From NCBI RefSeq assembly GCF_000010065.1, contig NC_006576.1, forward strand, positions 2,348,051 through 2,380,050: a stretch of DNA of 32,000 bases, written 5' to 3'. Under the pieces are notes generated by a model, which was given only the letters and a program-made list of their open reading frames with translations, was not told the DNA's origin and ran no database searches. Position numbers and translations under genes: made by a program. The DNA is from Synechococcus elongatus PCC 6301. GTDB lineage: Bacteria; Cyanobacteriota; Cyanobacteriia; Synechococcales; Synechococcaceae. Below, in pieces: positions 25,158 through 32,000 of this stretch (its first letter is position 1; the number at the start of each line of letters is the position of its first letter).

Positions 25158-25691
25158 CTATCTTTTTAGGGTGTCATTGTTGAGAATTTTAGGCCAATTC
25201 GCATTTGCTTTTACAATTTTAGTTGCTGTGTCTTGCTTCCATTCCTTCTGGGCTTCTAAACTGTAATTAAGGTAAAGCTTGCCATCGCGAATTTCCCAAG
25301 CATTAGGAATCGTTGTAGCTAAAACACCTGCAGATGCTGCTTTAGCGCAATAACCGCCGTACTGCGGAGCATATTTAGTTGGGTTTTTTGCGAATAAGTC
25401 ACGATTCATTGTGCTTGAGAACTGCCACTTTACACCATTCCAAGTGTGAGTAAATTTTGGACTCCCTTGAACGAGTGAATTGCTTCGAAAATATGCAACA
25501 ACATCTTGGCCATCTAAAGCAATACCATTCTCGTTGTAAACGGCTGGAAAACGAGTGGTTGCTTGAGCGAGCCTAGAATGACTGATAGAAGTTTCGACAG
25601 ATTGAGTAGAGGTTGCAGCTTCTAGGCGGGTAACAACGCTAACAGATGCTAGGCCGACCAAACTGCAGATCAGAAGATAGCTAAGTTTCAT
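25158..25691 (-). CDS. Secreted YHS-domain-family protein (the family annotated as 'YHS domain-containing (seleno)protein'), Cys form
   Basis: The Sec-type signal peptide is MKLSYLLICSLVGLASVSVV. The family-typical core is DGQDVVAYF...GSPKFTHTWNGVKWQFSS..NRDLFAKNPTKYAPQYGGYCAKA...WEIRDGKLYLNYS. AAGGA lies 3 nt upstream of the ATG. Confidence 0.7.
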   Translation of the reverse strand: MKLSYLLICSLVGLASVSVVTRLEAATSTQSVETSISHSRLAQATTRFPAVYNENGIALDGQDVVAYFRSNSLVQGSPKFTHTWNGVKWQFSSTMNRDLFAKNPTKYAPQYGGYCAKAASAGVLATTIPNAWEIRDGKLYLNYSLEAQKEWKQDTATKIVKANANWPKILNNDTLKR

Positions 25692-25948
25692 GGTTCCTTG
25701 ATTGTCCTTGTTCTGCTAAATGACTAATTAAGGTTTCAAGCCTTTGGATGTGAGCTGAAAACAAAAAATCAGATTCAGCTAAAGCAAGATTACCGATGCA
25801 TCACTCGATTTAAGTGATGATTGGATGAGGAGAGGCAAAAGAATGATTAAAAATGAACGATTATCCTGCCCACATTATTCAGGTTTAATTCATTGAGATC
25901 CTGTACAACCTATCCATTTTTCTGACTGATCGCTCAGGACTTATGAAG

Positions 25949-25970
25949 GGTTCAGGTTCCAGTGGGTTCC
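25949..25970. promoter_or_regulatory. Direct-repeat cluster GGTTCA / GGTTCC / GGTTCC, a candidate response-regulator binding site in the divergent intergenic region
   Basis: GGTTCA is at 25949-25954 and GGTTCC at 25955-25960 and 25965-25970. The last two start exactly 10 bp apart, one helical turn. No binding data exist. Confidence 0.2.
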
Positions 25971-26184
25971 TTCTCAAAACTCCTTGGAAACATTTTTATT
26001 GCATTCTCGTCACATCTCCTGTGGCGGCGGGAACTCACGATCGCCTTTGAGAGATTGCTGAGGGCGGCATCCTTACTGGCTATGTGTGCCAGCACACTAG
26101 CCTTACTCCGACCACTGCCGCTCTCATGCAGACTGTAAAGAGATCTTGCAAGTTTGCGTTTTCTGCCCTTCTCATCTTGTCTCC

Positions 26185-27468
26185 ATGACCGTTTTTGCCC
26201 AAGCTCACGCCCGCCTCGGTCTGGCTTGTTTGTTGGTGTCAATCACAGCCTCGGGCTGTCAGATCTTGCCGCCAAGCTCTGCTCAAACCAATCGGGAGCA
26301 GCAGCGATCGCCCATCACTGCGGTGGATGCTGCGGTAGTTGAACGGCAACCCCTCCAAGAAGCCACCCGGTACACCGGCACGACGGAACCTTTCCAATCT
26401 GTGTCGCTGCGGGCTCAAGTTGAAGGTCAAGTGCTGGGGCTTTCCGTCGATGTGGGGGATCCAGTTCAGTCGGGGCAGTTACTCGCCCGCCTAGACGATC
26501 GCCTGCAAAGCACCGCGGTAGTTGCGGCAGCGGCAGAAGTGGCGGCTCGTCAGTCTGAAGTGGCTAGCCAAAGAGCTGAGGTGATTGCTGCTATGGCCTC
26601 CGTCGAGCAAGCTCGCCTCCAGCTCCAACAGGCCCGATCCGATGCAGCCCGCCTAACGCGCCTGTTTCAGGCGGGAGCAATTTCTGCGCAGGAAGCTGAA
26701 ACAGCTCAGACTGCCGTATTGACGGCCGAACAAGCGGTTCGCACTGCCCAACAACAGGTGCAAACCCGTCAACAGGCTGTGGCGGCGGCTGAACGTCGGG
26801 TGGTTGCCCAACAGGCGATCGCCAACCAAGAACAGGCGCGGCGCAACTTCACGCAGCTGATTGCGCCGGTCACCGGTCTGGTTTTAGAGCGCAGTACGGA
26901 AGCAGGTAACCTCGCTCGTGAGGGCGATGAGATTCTCACGATTGGCGACTTTAGCCGCATCAAAGTTGTCCTGCGTGTCTCTGAGCTAGAACTTGCCAAC
27001 CTGCGGGTTGGACAGTCCGTCCAAGTCCGACTGGATGCTTTTCCCAAGCAGACCTTTACGGGGCAAATCAGCCGGATTGCGCCGGTAGCTGATCGCCGAA
27101 CCCGGCTGATTCCTGTGGAAATTACCATGCCTAATCCTGATGGTCGGATAGGCAGCGGTTTATTGGCGCGGGTGGTACTGTCCAGCAGTGCGCCTGACCC
27201 GATCGTCGTCCCTGAAGCGGCGCTCTCGACCGGGGAGACGCCCACTACAAGCGATCGCGGCACTGTGTTCGTCGTCAAAAAGCAAGGCGATCGCACCACC
27301 ACCGAAGCGCGATCGGTGCGGTTAGGACCTCGGGCCGATGGCCGTGTGGTCATTCAAAGCGGCTTACAAGCGGGTGAAACGATCGTGGTGCGCAGTGCCA
27401 GTCCTCTCAAAGCGGGCCAGCAGGTTCGCCTCAGCATTCTGTCCACAGCGGGAGACCAGAACGGATGA
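26185..27468 (+). CDS. Efflux RND transporter periplasmic adaptor subunit (MFP/HlyD family), lipoprotein
   Basis: From the ATG at 26185 there is a lipoprotein signal with a lipobox (MTVFAQAHARLGLACLLVSITASG|C). A long Ala/Gln-rich coiled-coil hairpin, beta-barrel and MP domains follow. The track start at 26146 is TTG and gives a poorer signal peptide. Confidence 0.85.
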   Translation: MTVFAQAHARLGLACLLVSITASGCQILPPSSAQTNREQQRSPITAVDAAVVERQPLQEATRYTGTTEPFQSVSLRAQVEGQVLGLSVDVGDPVQSGQLLARLDDRLQSTAVVAAAAEVAARQSEVASQRAEVIAAMASVEQARLQLQQARSDAARLTRLFQAGAISAQEAETAQTAVLTAEQAVRTAQQQVQTRQQAVAAAERRVVAQQAIANQEQARRNFTQLIAPVTGLVLERSTEAGNLAREGDEILTIGDFSRIKVVLRVSELELANLRVGQSVQVRLDAFPKQTFTGQISRIAPVADRRTRLIPVEITMPNPDGRIGSGLLARVVLSSSAPDPIVVPEAALSTGETPTTSDRGTVFVVKKQGDRTTTEARSVRLGPRADGRVVIQSGLQAGETIVVRSASPLKAGQQVRLSILSTAGDQNG

Positions 27469-30400
27469 GCCCAACGCCGCCTCCGAAGCTCAGCCTCAGC
27501 GGGCTTTCGATTCGTCGCCACATCGGTACCCTGATGCTGACCTTGGCCACAGTGGTTGTGGCAGTCTTTCTTGTCAGTCGGCTTCAGGTCGATCTCTTGC
27601 CGTCGATCACCTATCCGCGAATTGGGGTGCGGCTGACGGCACCGGGACTGGCGCCGGAAATCGCCGTGGAAGAAGTCACCAAGCCCCTCGAAGAATCGCT
27701 CTCGGCGACTGAAGGGGTAGTGCAAATCTTCTCGCGCACCCGCGAAGGCGATGTCAGCATTGACCTCTTCTTCGAGCCGGGAGGAAACATTGACCAAGCC
27801 CTCAACGATGCGACGGCCACCTTCAACCGGGCCCGATCGCGGCTCCCCGAGGGCATTGAAGAGGCACGACTATTCAAGTTCGACCCATCCCAGTTGCCGG
27901 TCTACGAGTTTGCCCTTTCCTCCACTGAGCGATCGCCCCAGGAATTGCGCCTGCTTGCCGAAGAAGAACTGGCCCGAGAGCTGACCTTGCTGCCAGGGGT
28001 CGCAGCGGTTGATGTCACCGGCGGTCTCGAGGAGGAAGTGCGGGTTCTGCTCGACCCCGATCGCCTGCAGGCTTTAGGCATTGGGCTGGAGACCGTCCTC
28101 AATGAATTGCAAGAGAGTAACCAAGATGTTTCTGGTGGCCGACTGCTGGGCAGTGCTGAGCCCCTGACGCGGACAACAGGACGTTTTCAAGACGCCCAAG
28201 ACATTTTAGATCTGACCTTCGAACGAGCGGGTAGCGAAACCGATCCGTCCCAGCAGTTACGGCTGCGAGACTTTGCCCAGGTCATTGACGGCAGCGCTGA
28301 GCAGCGGATTTTCGTCAGCCTCAATGGTCAGCCAGCCGTCAAGGTTAGCGTCCAGAAACAGCCGGAAGCCAACACGATCGCGGTTGTTGACGCTGTTAAA
28401 CAGCGCTTGAACCAACTTCAGGCCAATCAAGTCCTCGGCGAAGGAGTGCAGGTATTGCCGACCTTGGATGAGTCGATTTTTATTCAAAATGCGATCGGTA
28501 ATGTCACCAGCTCCGGTCTGGCTGGGGCTGGCCTTGCCGCGCTGGCGGTACTGCTCTTCCTCGGCTCTTGGCGGCAGACCCTGATCATCGTGATTTCAAT
28601 TCCGCTGGCGACGCTGGCCGCGATCGTGATGATGCGACTAGCGGGCTTCTCCCTCAACATCTTCAGCTTGGGCGGACTGGCACTGGGCGTTGGCATTGTT
28701 GTCGATAACTCGATCGTCATGTTGGAGACCATCGCCGATGGCGTTGGCATCACCCCTGGTCGCGATAGCCGCAGTCTGCTTTCGCCGCGACAGGTGATTG
28801 AGCGGGCGATCGACAGCAGTCAAAAAGTTGAGTCAGCCCTGATTGCTTCAACGACCACCAACTTAGTGGCGGTACTACCCTTTTTGATGCTGGGTGGCTT
28901 TATTTCCCTGCTGTTCAGTGAGCTGATTCTGACGATCAGTTTTGCCGTGGCGGCTTCAATTTTGGTGGCGCTGACGGTTGTGCCGGCTATGGCCTCGCGA
29001 CTGTTGGCTCGCAAGGAAACCAGTGGTCTCGATCGCTGGCCCCCGCTGCTGGCCTTTCAGCACCAATTTGCTCGACTGCAAACGGCCTATGGTCAGGTGC
29101 TCCAGCGTCTGATCAACCGGCCGCTGCGCACGATCGCGATCGCTTTTCTCGTCTTGGGTCTGAGTGGCGCCTCCTTGCTGGGCCAGCTCTCCCAGGAGAT
29201 TCTGCCTCGGATTAATACAGGCCAAGCGCAGCTCTTTGTCCAGTTCCCACCAGGTACTCCCTTGGTGGACAACCAACGGGTGATGGCGGCGATCGAGCAG
29301 TTGATCCTCGAGCAACCCGAAACAGACTATGCCTTTTCGACGATTGGGGGCTCCCTGTTTGGGGCCAATACGACCACCAACGTTCTACGCAGTTCCAGCA
29401 CAATCACGCTGAAACCTGGCAGTGATGTCGATCAGTTTGTTGAACGACTGACGCCCGCCTTCAACCAACTCAATTTGGTGGATACCTTGGTGCGGGTCAC
29501 CCCAGGCTCAGTACGCGGTTTGATCACCAATAACTCGCCGCTACGCGGTGCCGATATCGACGTCATTCTCCAGAGTGAAGATCGCGAACAACTGGCGATC
29601 GCGGGTGAACAGGTGATGCGAGCTCTGGGGCAAGCGCAACTCGCCCGCTATCGACCCGACAGCGATCGCCGCGAACCAGAATTGCGAATCCAGCTCGATC
29701 GCGAACGAGCAGCGGCTCTCGGCCTGAATCCCAGTCGCGTGGGCAATACAATTCAAACCGCGATTGAAGGTTCGATACCAACCCGTCTACAGCGGGGCGA
29801 TCGCCTGGTGGATGTGCGGGTGGAAGTTGCCAACACGGCCATCAATACGCCGGCTCAATTGCTGCAGCTGCCGCTGTTTAGCAACACGGGCTCGCTGATT
29901 CGCCTCAATGACATTGCCCGTCTTGAGACGGGGGCTGCCCCCTCCGAAATTCAGCGGATTAACCAACGACAGGTCTTCCAAATTGCCGGCAACCTCAGTC
30001 AAGGTGCCAGCTTGAGTGCTGCGATCGCAGAGGCTGAGCGCCTGATTGACTCCGTCGATCTCCCCTCGGGAGTCAGTTTGTTGCCCAGTAGCGCTGCCGA
30101 GAGCAACCGGCAGTTGCAGGCCAGTCTGCCGATTCTGGGTGGCTTGGCTGGCTTCTTGGTCTACGTGGTCATGGCGGTGCAGTACAACTCGCTGATCGAT
30201 CCGCTAGTGATCATGTTCACGCTGCCTCTGGCCTTAGCCGGTGGCATCCTGGGGCTCTACTTCACGAACACCGCGATCGGTGCAACGGTCGTCGTTGGGG
30301 TGGTGCTACTGGTTGGGATCGTCGTCAATAACGCGATCATCCTGGTGGAACTGGCCAATCAACTGCGGGAAGAGCAGGGCTGCGATCGCCGCTCGGCCAT

Positions 30401-30719
30401 ACTGCAAGCGGCCCCGCAACGCCTTCGCCCCGTGCTGATGACGACACTCACTACCGTGCTGGGGATGTTGCCCTTGGCGCTGGGCATTGGTCAGGGCAGT
30501 GAGTTCCTGCAACCGCTGGGGATTGTCGTTTTCTCGGGGCTCTCCCTGGCAACGGTGCTAACCCTGCTGGTCATTCCCTGCTTCTACGTGCTGCTCCATG
30601 GGCTTGCTGAGCGCTGGACCCAGCATCCTTTGACAGTGACGGCCCTGCCGTTCGTGCCCGGGGGGCTGCCGCGTCCTTCGGTGGGCTCCACAGCAGACAA
30701 GTCCTCGATTGACCCCTAG
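27465..30719 (+). CDS. RND efflux transporter permease (AcrB/AcrD/AcrF superfamily, 12-TM, 1084 aa)
   Basis: It has the typical N-terminus LSIRRHIGTLMLTLA, TM4 GLALGVGIVVDNSIVMLE, TM10-11 GIVVNNAIILVE, and two large periplasmic loops. Its ATG overlaps the adaptor stop as ATGA (27465-27468). Confidence 0.9.
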   Translation: MSPTPPPKLSLSGLSIRRHIGTLMLTLATVVVAVFLVSRLQVDLLPSITYPRIGVRLTAPGLAPEIAVEEVTKPLEESLSATEGVVQIFSRTREGDVSIDLFFEPGGNIDQALNDATATFNRARSRLPEGIEEARLFKFDPSQLPVYEFALSSTERSPQELRLLAEEELARELTLLPGVAAVDVTGGLEEEVRVLLDPDRLQALGIGLETVLNELQESNQDVSGGRLLGSAEPLTRTTGRFQDAQDILDLTFERAGSETDPSQQLRLRDFAQVIDGSAEQRIFVSLNGQPAVKVSVQKQPEANTIAVVDAVKQRLNQLQANQVLGEGVQVLPTLDESIFIQNAIGNVTSSGLAGAGLAALAVLLFLGSWRQTLIIVISIPLATLAAIVMMRLAGFSLNIFSLGGLALGVGIVVDNSIVMLETIADGVGITPGRDSRSLLSPRQVIERAIDSSQKVESALIASTTTNLVAVLPFLMLGGFISLLFSELILTISFAVAASILVALTVVPAMASRLLARKETSGLDRWPPLLAFQHQFARLQTAYGQVLQRLINRPLRTIAIAFLVLGLSGASLLGQLSQEILPRINTGQAQLFVQFPPGTPLVDNQRVMAAIEQLILEQPETDYAFSTIGGSLFGANTTTNVLRSSSTITLKPGSDVDQFVERLTPAFNQLNLVDTLVRVTPGSVRGLITNNSPLRGADIDVILQSEDREQLAIAGEQVMRALGQAQLARYRPDSDRREPELRIQLDRERAAALGLNPSRVGNTIQTAIEGSIPTRLQRGDRLVDVRVEVANTAINTPAQLLQLPLFSNTGSLIRLNDIARLETGAAPSEIQRINQRQVFQIAGNLSQGASLSAAIAEAERLIDSVDLPSGVSLLPSSAAESNRQLQASLPILGGLAGFLVYVVMAVQYNSLIDPLVIMFTLPLALAGGILGLYFTNTAIGATVVVGVVLLVGIVVNNAIILVELANQLREEQGCDRRSAILQAAPQRLRPVLMTTLTTVLGMLPLALGIGQGSEFLQPLGIVVFSGLSLATVLTLLVIPCFYVLLHGLAERWTQHPLTVTALPFVPGGLPRPSVGSTADKSSIDP

Positions 30720-30745
30720 GAGCAGACTGCAGCAACCTGCGATCG

Positions 30746-31177
30746 CTAGTAACCGCCAGTGGTTGGCTCAAAGGCTGATTGCTGAGCGGTTTTCCAGTAG
30801 CGAGAGAAGCGCTTCAGATCGACATAGCCCTCGATCGCTGCAAACTCTGGCCCATCGCAAATCTCGAGGTTAAAGTCCGCTTCGATCGCATCGGCGATCT
30901 GGTTGAAGCGGGGACTGGGGCTGTCGGTAGTCGCAATGCAATCCGCTCCATGGGCTTGGGCAAAGCGCCGCAGTTCTGTGGCCGGATCACCACGCCGGAT
31001 CGTGACGGGCAACTCCAGCAGACATTCGTAGATGAAGACGACGCGCTTGAGGCTGATCTGCCAGTCCTTGAGCAAAGAGTCATCCCAGACCCAAAGCGCC
31101 GGAGCTTTGGGATGGCGCAGGAGAGCGGGGTTTTGGGGGCTGAGGGCATCCCCGTGGATCCAGACAATTGGTTTCAT
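30746..31177 (-). CDS. Stand-alone photolyase N-terminal alpha/beta (antenna-binding) domain protein, 143 aa
   Basis: PIVWIHGDALSPQNPAL...VFIYECLLEL...GADCIATTDSPSP resembles the Rossmann-like N-terminal domain of cryptochrome/photolyase proteins, especially the LILGDQLSP start of Fe-S bacterial (6-4) photolyases. Its ATG lies 3 nt after the upstream stop (TAA ACC ATG). Confidence 0.6.
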   Translation of the reverse strand: MKPIVWIHGDALSPQNPALLRHPKAPALWVWDDSLLKDWQISLKRVVFIYECLLELPVTIRRGDPATELRRFAQAHGADCIATTDSPSPRFNQIADAIEADFNLEICDGPEFAAIEGYVDLKRFSRYWKTAQQSAFEPTTGGY

Positions 31178-31180
31178 GGT

Positions 31181-32000
31181 TTAGCGCTGGCGAGAGTTAG
31201 AGCGATCGCGGTGCCAGCGTCCGCCTTGGCGGGGTTGGTCGCGAAATTCGGCCTTGGGAAAGAGCTGATCGGCGAGCTCGTCGTAGCTGCCGTCAAAGGG
31301 ACAGCGATCGCGGCTGGGGCAATCCTGACAATCGCGATCGCCGTTGTAGCGCTGCAGGTTCTCGCGGTTAAACCAGTAGGGCTTGGTGCTGAAGGTGCTG
31401 GCTACCCACTGCCACGAGAGGTTATTGCTGGCGGGGTCGCCATCGAGTAAATGCTGAAGAAACCAGCGCGCACCCGCCTGCCAGCGAATGCGCCGCCAAT
31501 GCACCAGATAGGCCGCCATCCACATGCGGGCATGGTTATGCAGGTATCCAGTCTCCTTCAGTTCACGACTGAAGCGATCCATGCAGGCTAAGCCTGTCTC
31601 AGCCGCTTGTAGGTCAGGCGGAAGCGCCTCGCTGTATTGTTGGCTGTCCCAGCCGGTTTTGTAGGGCTCACGATCGCGCCAAATGCGATCGCCCCACTCC
31701 CAATAGATCCGTTGCCAGTAGTCGCGCCAAGCCAGTTCCGTAATCAGTTTTTCGCCATCACTGCGCTGGCGAATTTGAGCCAAGACGCGATCGCGGACGG
31801 TTGCCAAACTAAGAACGCCGTGGCGAATGTAGGGCGACAGGCGTGTCACTGCACCGTCCAAAAAGTTGCGGCTTTTGCCATAGCGCAGCGGGTTGATCGC
31901 CTCGAGCTGAGCGATCGCGGCTTGATAGCCGCCTGGGATGGGACTGACCTGGGCATCCACGGCCGCCGCTTCTGGAAATTGCTGCTGCAGATAGTCGATC
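31181..32000 (-). CDS. Cryptochrome/photolyase-family FAD-binding helical-domain protein with a four-Cys (putative Fe-S) signature. The frame is open to the window edge.
   Basis: RLSPYIRHG, AWRDYWQRIYW, GYLHNHARMWMAAYLV and LLDGDPASNNLSWQWVAS are canonical CPF helical-domain motifs. The only four Cys are C126, C211, C214 and C220, counted from the GTG at 31960. The frame has no stop between 31960 and 32000, so the true N-terminus is unknown. Confidence 0.8.
   Translation of the reverse strand, partial: IDYLQQQFPEAAAVDAQVSPIPGGYQAAIAQLEAINPLRYGKSRNFLDGAVTRLSPYIRHGVLSLATVRDRVLAQIRQRSDGEKLITELAWRDYWQRIYWEWGDRIWRDREPYKTGWDSQQYSEALPPDLQAAETGLACMDRFSRELKETGYLHNHARMWMAAYLVHWRRIRWQAGARWFLQHLLDGDPASNNLSWQWVASTFSTKPYWFNRENLQRYNGDRDCQDCPSRDRCPFDGSYDELADQLFPKAEFRDQPRQGGRWHRDRSNSRQR

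Larger units (their letters stand above)
22850..26020. other. AT-rich compositional island with no HIP1 sites (probable horizontally acquired segment) carrying the YHS-protein / sensor kinase / response regulator genes
   Basis: GCGATCGC does not occur between 22501 and 26303, against roughly one per 350 bp elsewhere (manual scan). Sampled 60-nt lines give 21/60 GC (22981-23040 and 24541-24600) against 36/60 (18361-18420). The edges are approximate. Confidence 0.6.

Noticed and set aside
25841-25866. AT-rich stretch GAATGATTAAAAATGAACGATTATCC resembling a Fur/Zur box
   Set aside because: It is not palindromic (GATTA occurs only as a direct repeat). The resemblance to GATAATGATAATCATTATC is what any AT-rich segment would give.
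22889-25929. 8-bp direct repeat CTGACTGA at both approximate island edges (22889-22896 and 25922-25929) as possible target-site duplication or att remnants
   Set aside because: An 8-mer match between two ~100-bp edge zones is expected by chance at roughly the 10-20% level. No integrase, tRNA or terminal inverted repeats support a mobile-element mechanism.
25952-26242. 96-aa - strand ORF in the large divergent intergenic region
   Set aside because: Its start lies inside the adaptor-gene signal-peptide coding region, it is extremely basic and low-complexity, and it straddles the compositional boundary. It is probably not coding, but ribosome profiling would settle the question.
26769-27353. 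194-aa - strand ORF inside the RND adaptor gene
   Set aside because: It is antisense to a motif-supported adaptor CDS and has a Ser/Arg/Thr-rich composition typical of antisense frames.
27465-30719. Calling the RND pump a heavy-metal (CzcA/CusA/CopA-type) exporter because of the neighbouring YHS/two-component genes
   Set aside because: The TM4 motif (VVDNSIV) is not the metal-pump type as I remember it. The neighbouring sensory genes also lie on a compositionally foreign segment, so adjacency may be accidental.
30779-31450. 223-aa ORF on the + strand spanning both photolyase-like genes
   Set aside because: It is antisense to two motif-supported CDS and crosses their 3-nt junction. It is Ala/Gly/Val/Leu-rich with no recognisable motifs. 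This is the typical shadow ORF of GC-rich, HIP1-rich DNA.
1-32000. Search for CRISPR arrays, tRNA/rRNA genes, IS elements, integrases, toxin-antitoxin pairs or known defence-system genes
   Set aside because: I found none. The only abundant repeat is the 8-bp HIP1 palindrome. No spaced direct repeats of 25-40 bp occur, and no transposase or integrase-like ORFs appear in the six-frame track.

Overview
The window looks like core chromosome of a Synechococcus elongatus-type cyanobacterium. This is an inference from three things: about 90 copies of the HIP1 palindrome GCGATCGC (my manual scan, approximate), 55-60% GC in sampled lines, and gene content (psbU, gun4, cbbY, a LabA-type NYN gene). I can support 31 CDS. 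They are tightly packed, and seven gene pairs have 1-4 nt start/stop overlaps. I found no tRNA, rRNA, CRISPR array, transposase or integrase.

Gene order, left to right:
- argJ 3' end
- 2OG-Fe(II) oxygenase-like gene
- LivM/LivG-type amino-acid ABC pair (NatC/NatA-like)
- trhO and labA (coupled)
- anchored hypothetical
- GH57 branching enzyme
- methyltransferase and GT4 glycosyltransferase
- recJ
- cbbY, HldE-domain-II-like nucleotidyltransferase, gun4 (coupled)
- psbU
- nadB
- small membrane protein
- MoxR, DUF58, transglutaminase (coupled)
- membrane hypothetical
- tldD
- trmL
- an AT-rich island with no HIP1 sites, carrying a periplasmic YHS-family protein, a sensor kinase and an OmpR-type regulator
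- RND adaptor and pump
- a two-ORF photolyase-like locus

Most worth a second look:
1. The photolyase-like locus at 30.7-32.0 kb is split into a helical FAD-domain ORF and a separate alpha/beta-domain ORF. The helical ORF comes first and has a four-Cys pattern like Fe-S bacterial (6-4) photolyases. This is the reverse of the canonical domain order.
2. A 3.2 kb apparently foreign island carries YHS, HK and RR and sits divergent to the RND pump.
3. The GH57 / methyltransferase / GT4 trio has the same composition as the mycobacterial methylglucose-lipopolysaccharide gene set.
4. The MoxR-DUF58-transglutaminase module has no known function in cyanobacteria.

All functional calls come from reading motifs in the supplied translations. 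No database search was run.
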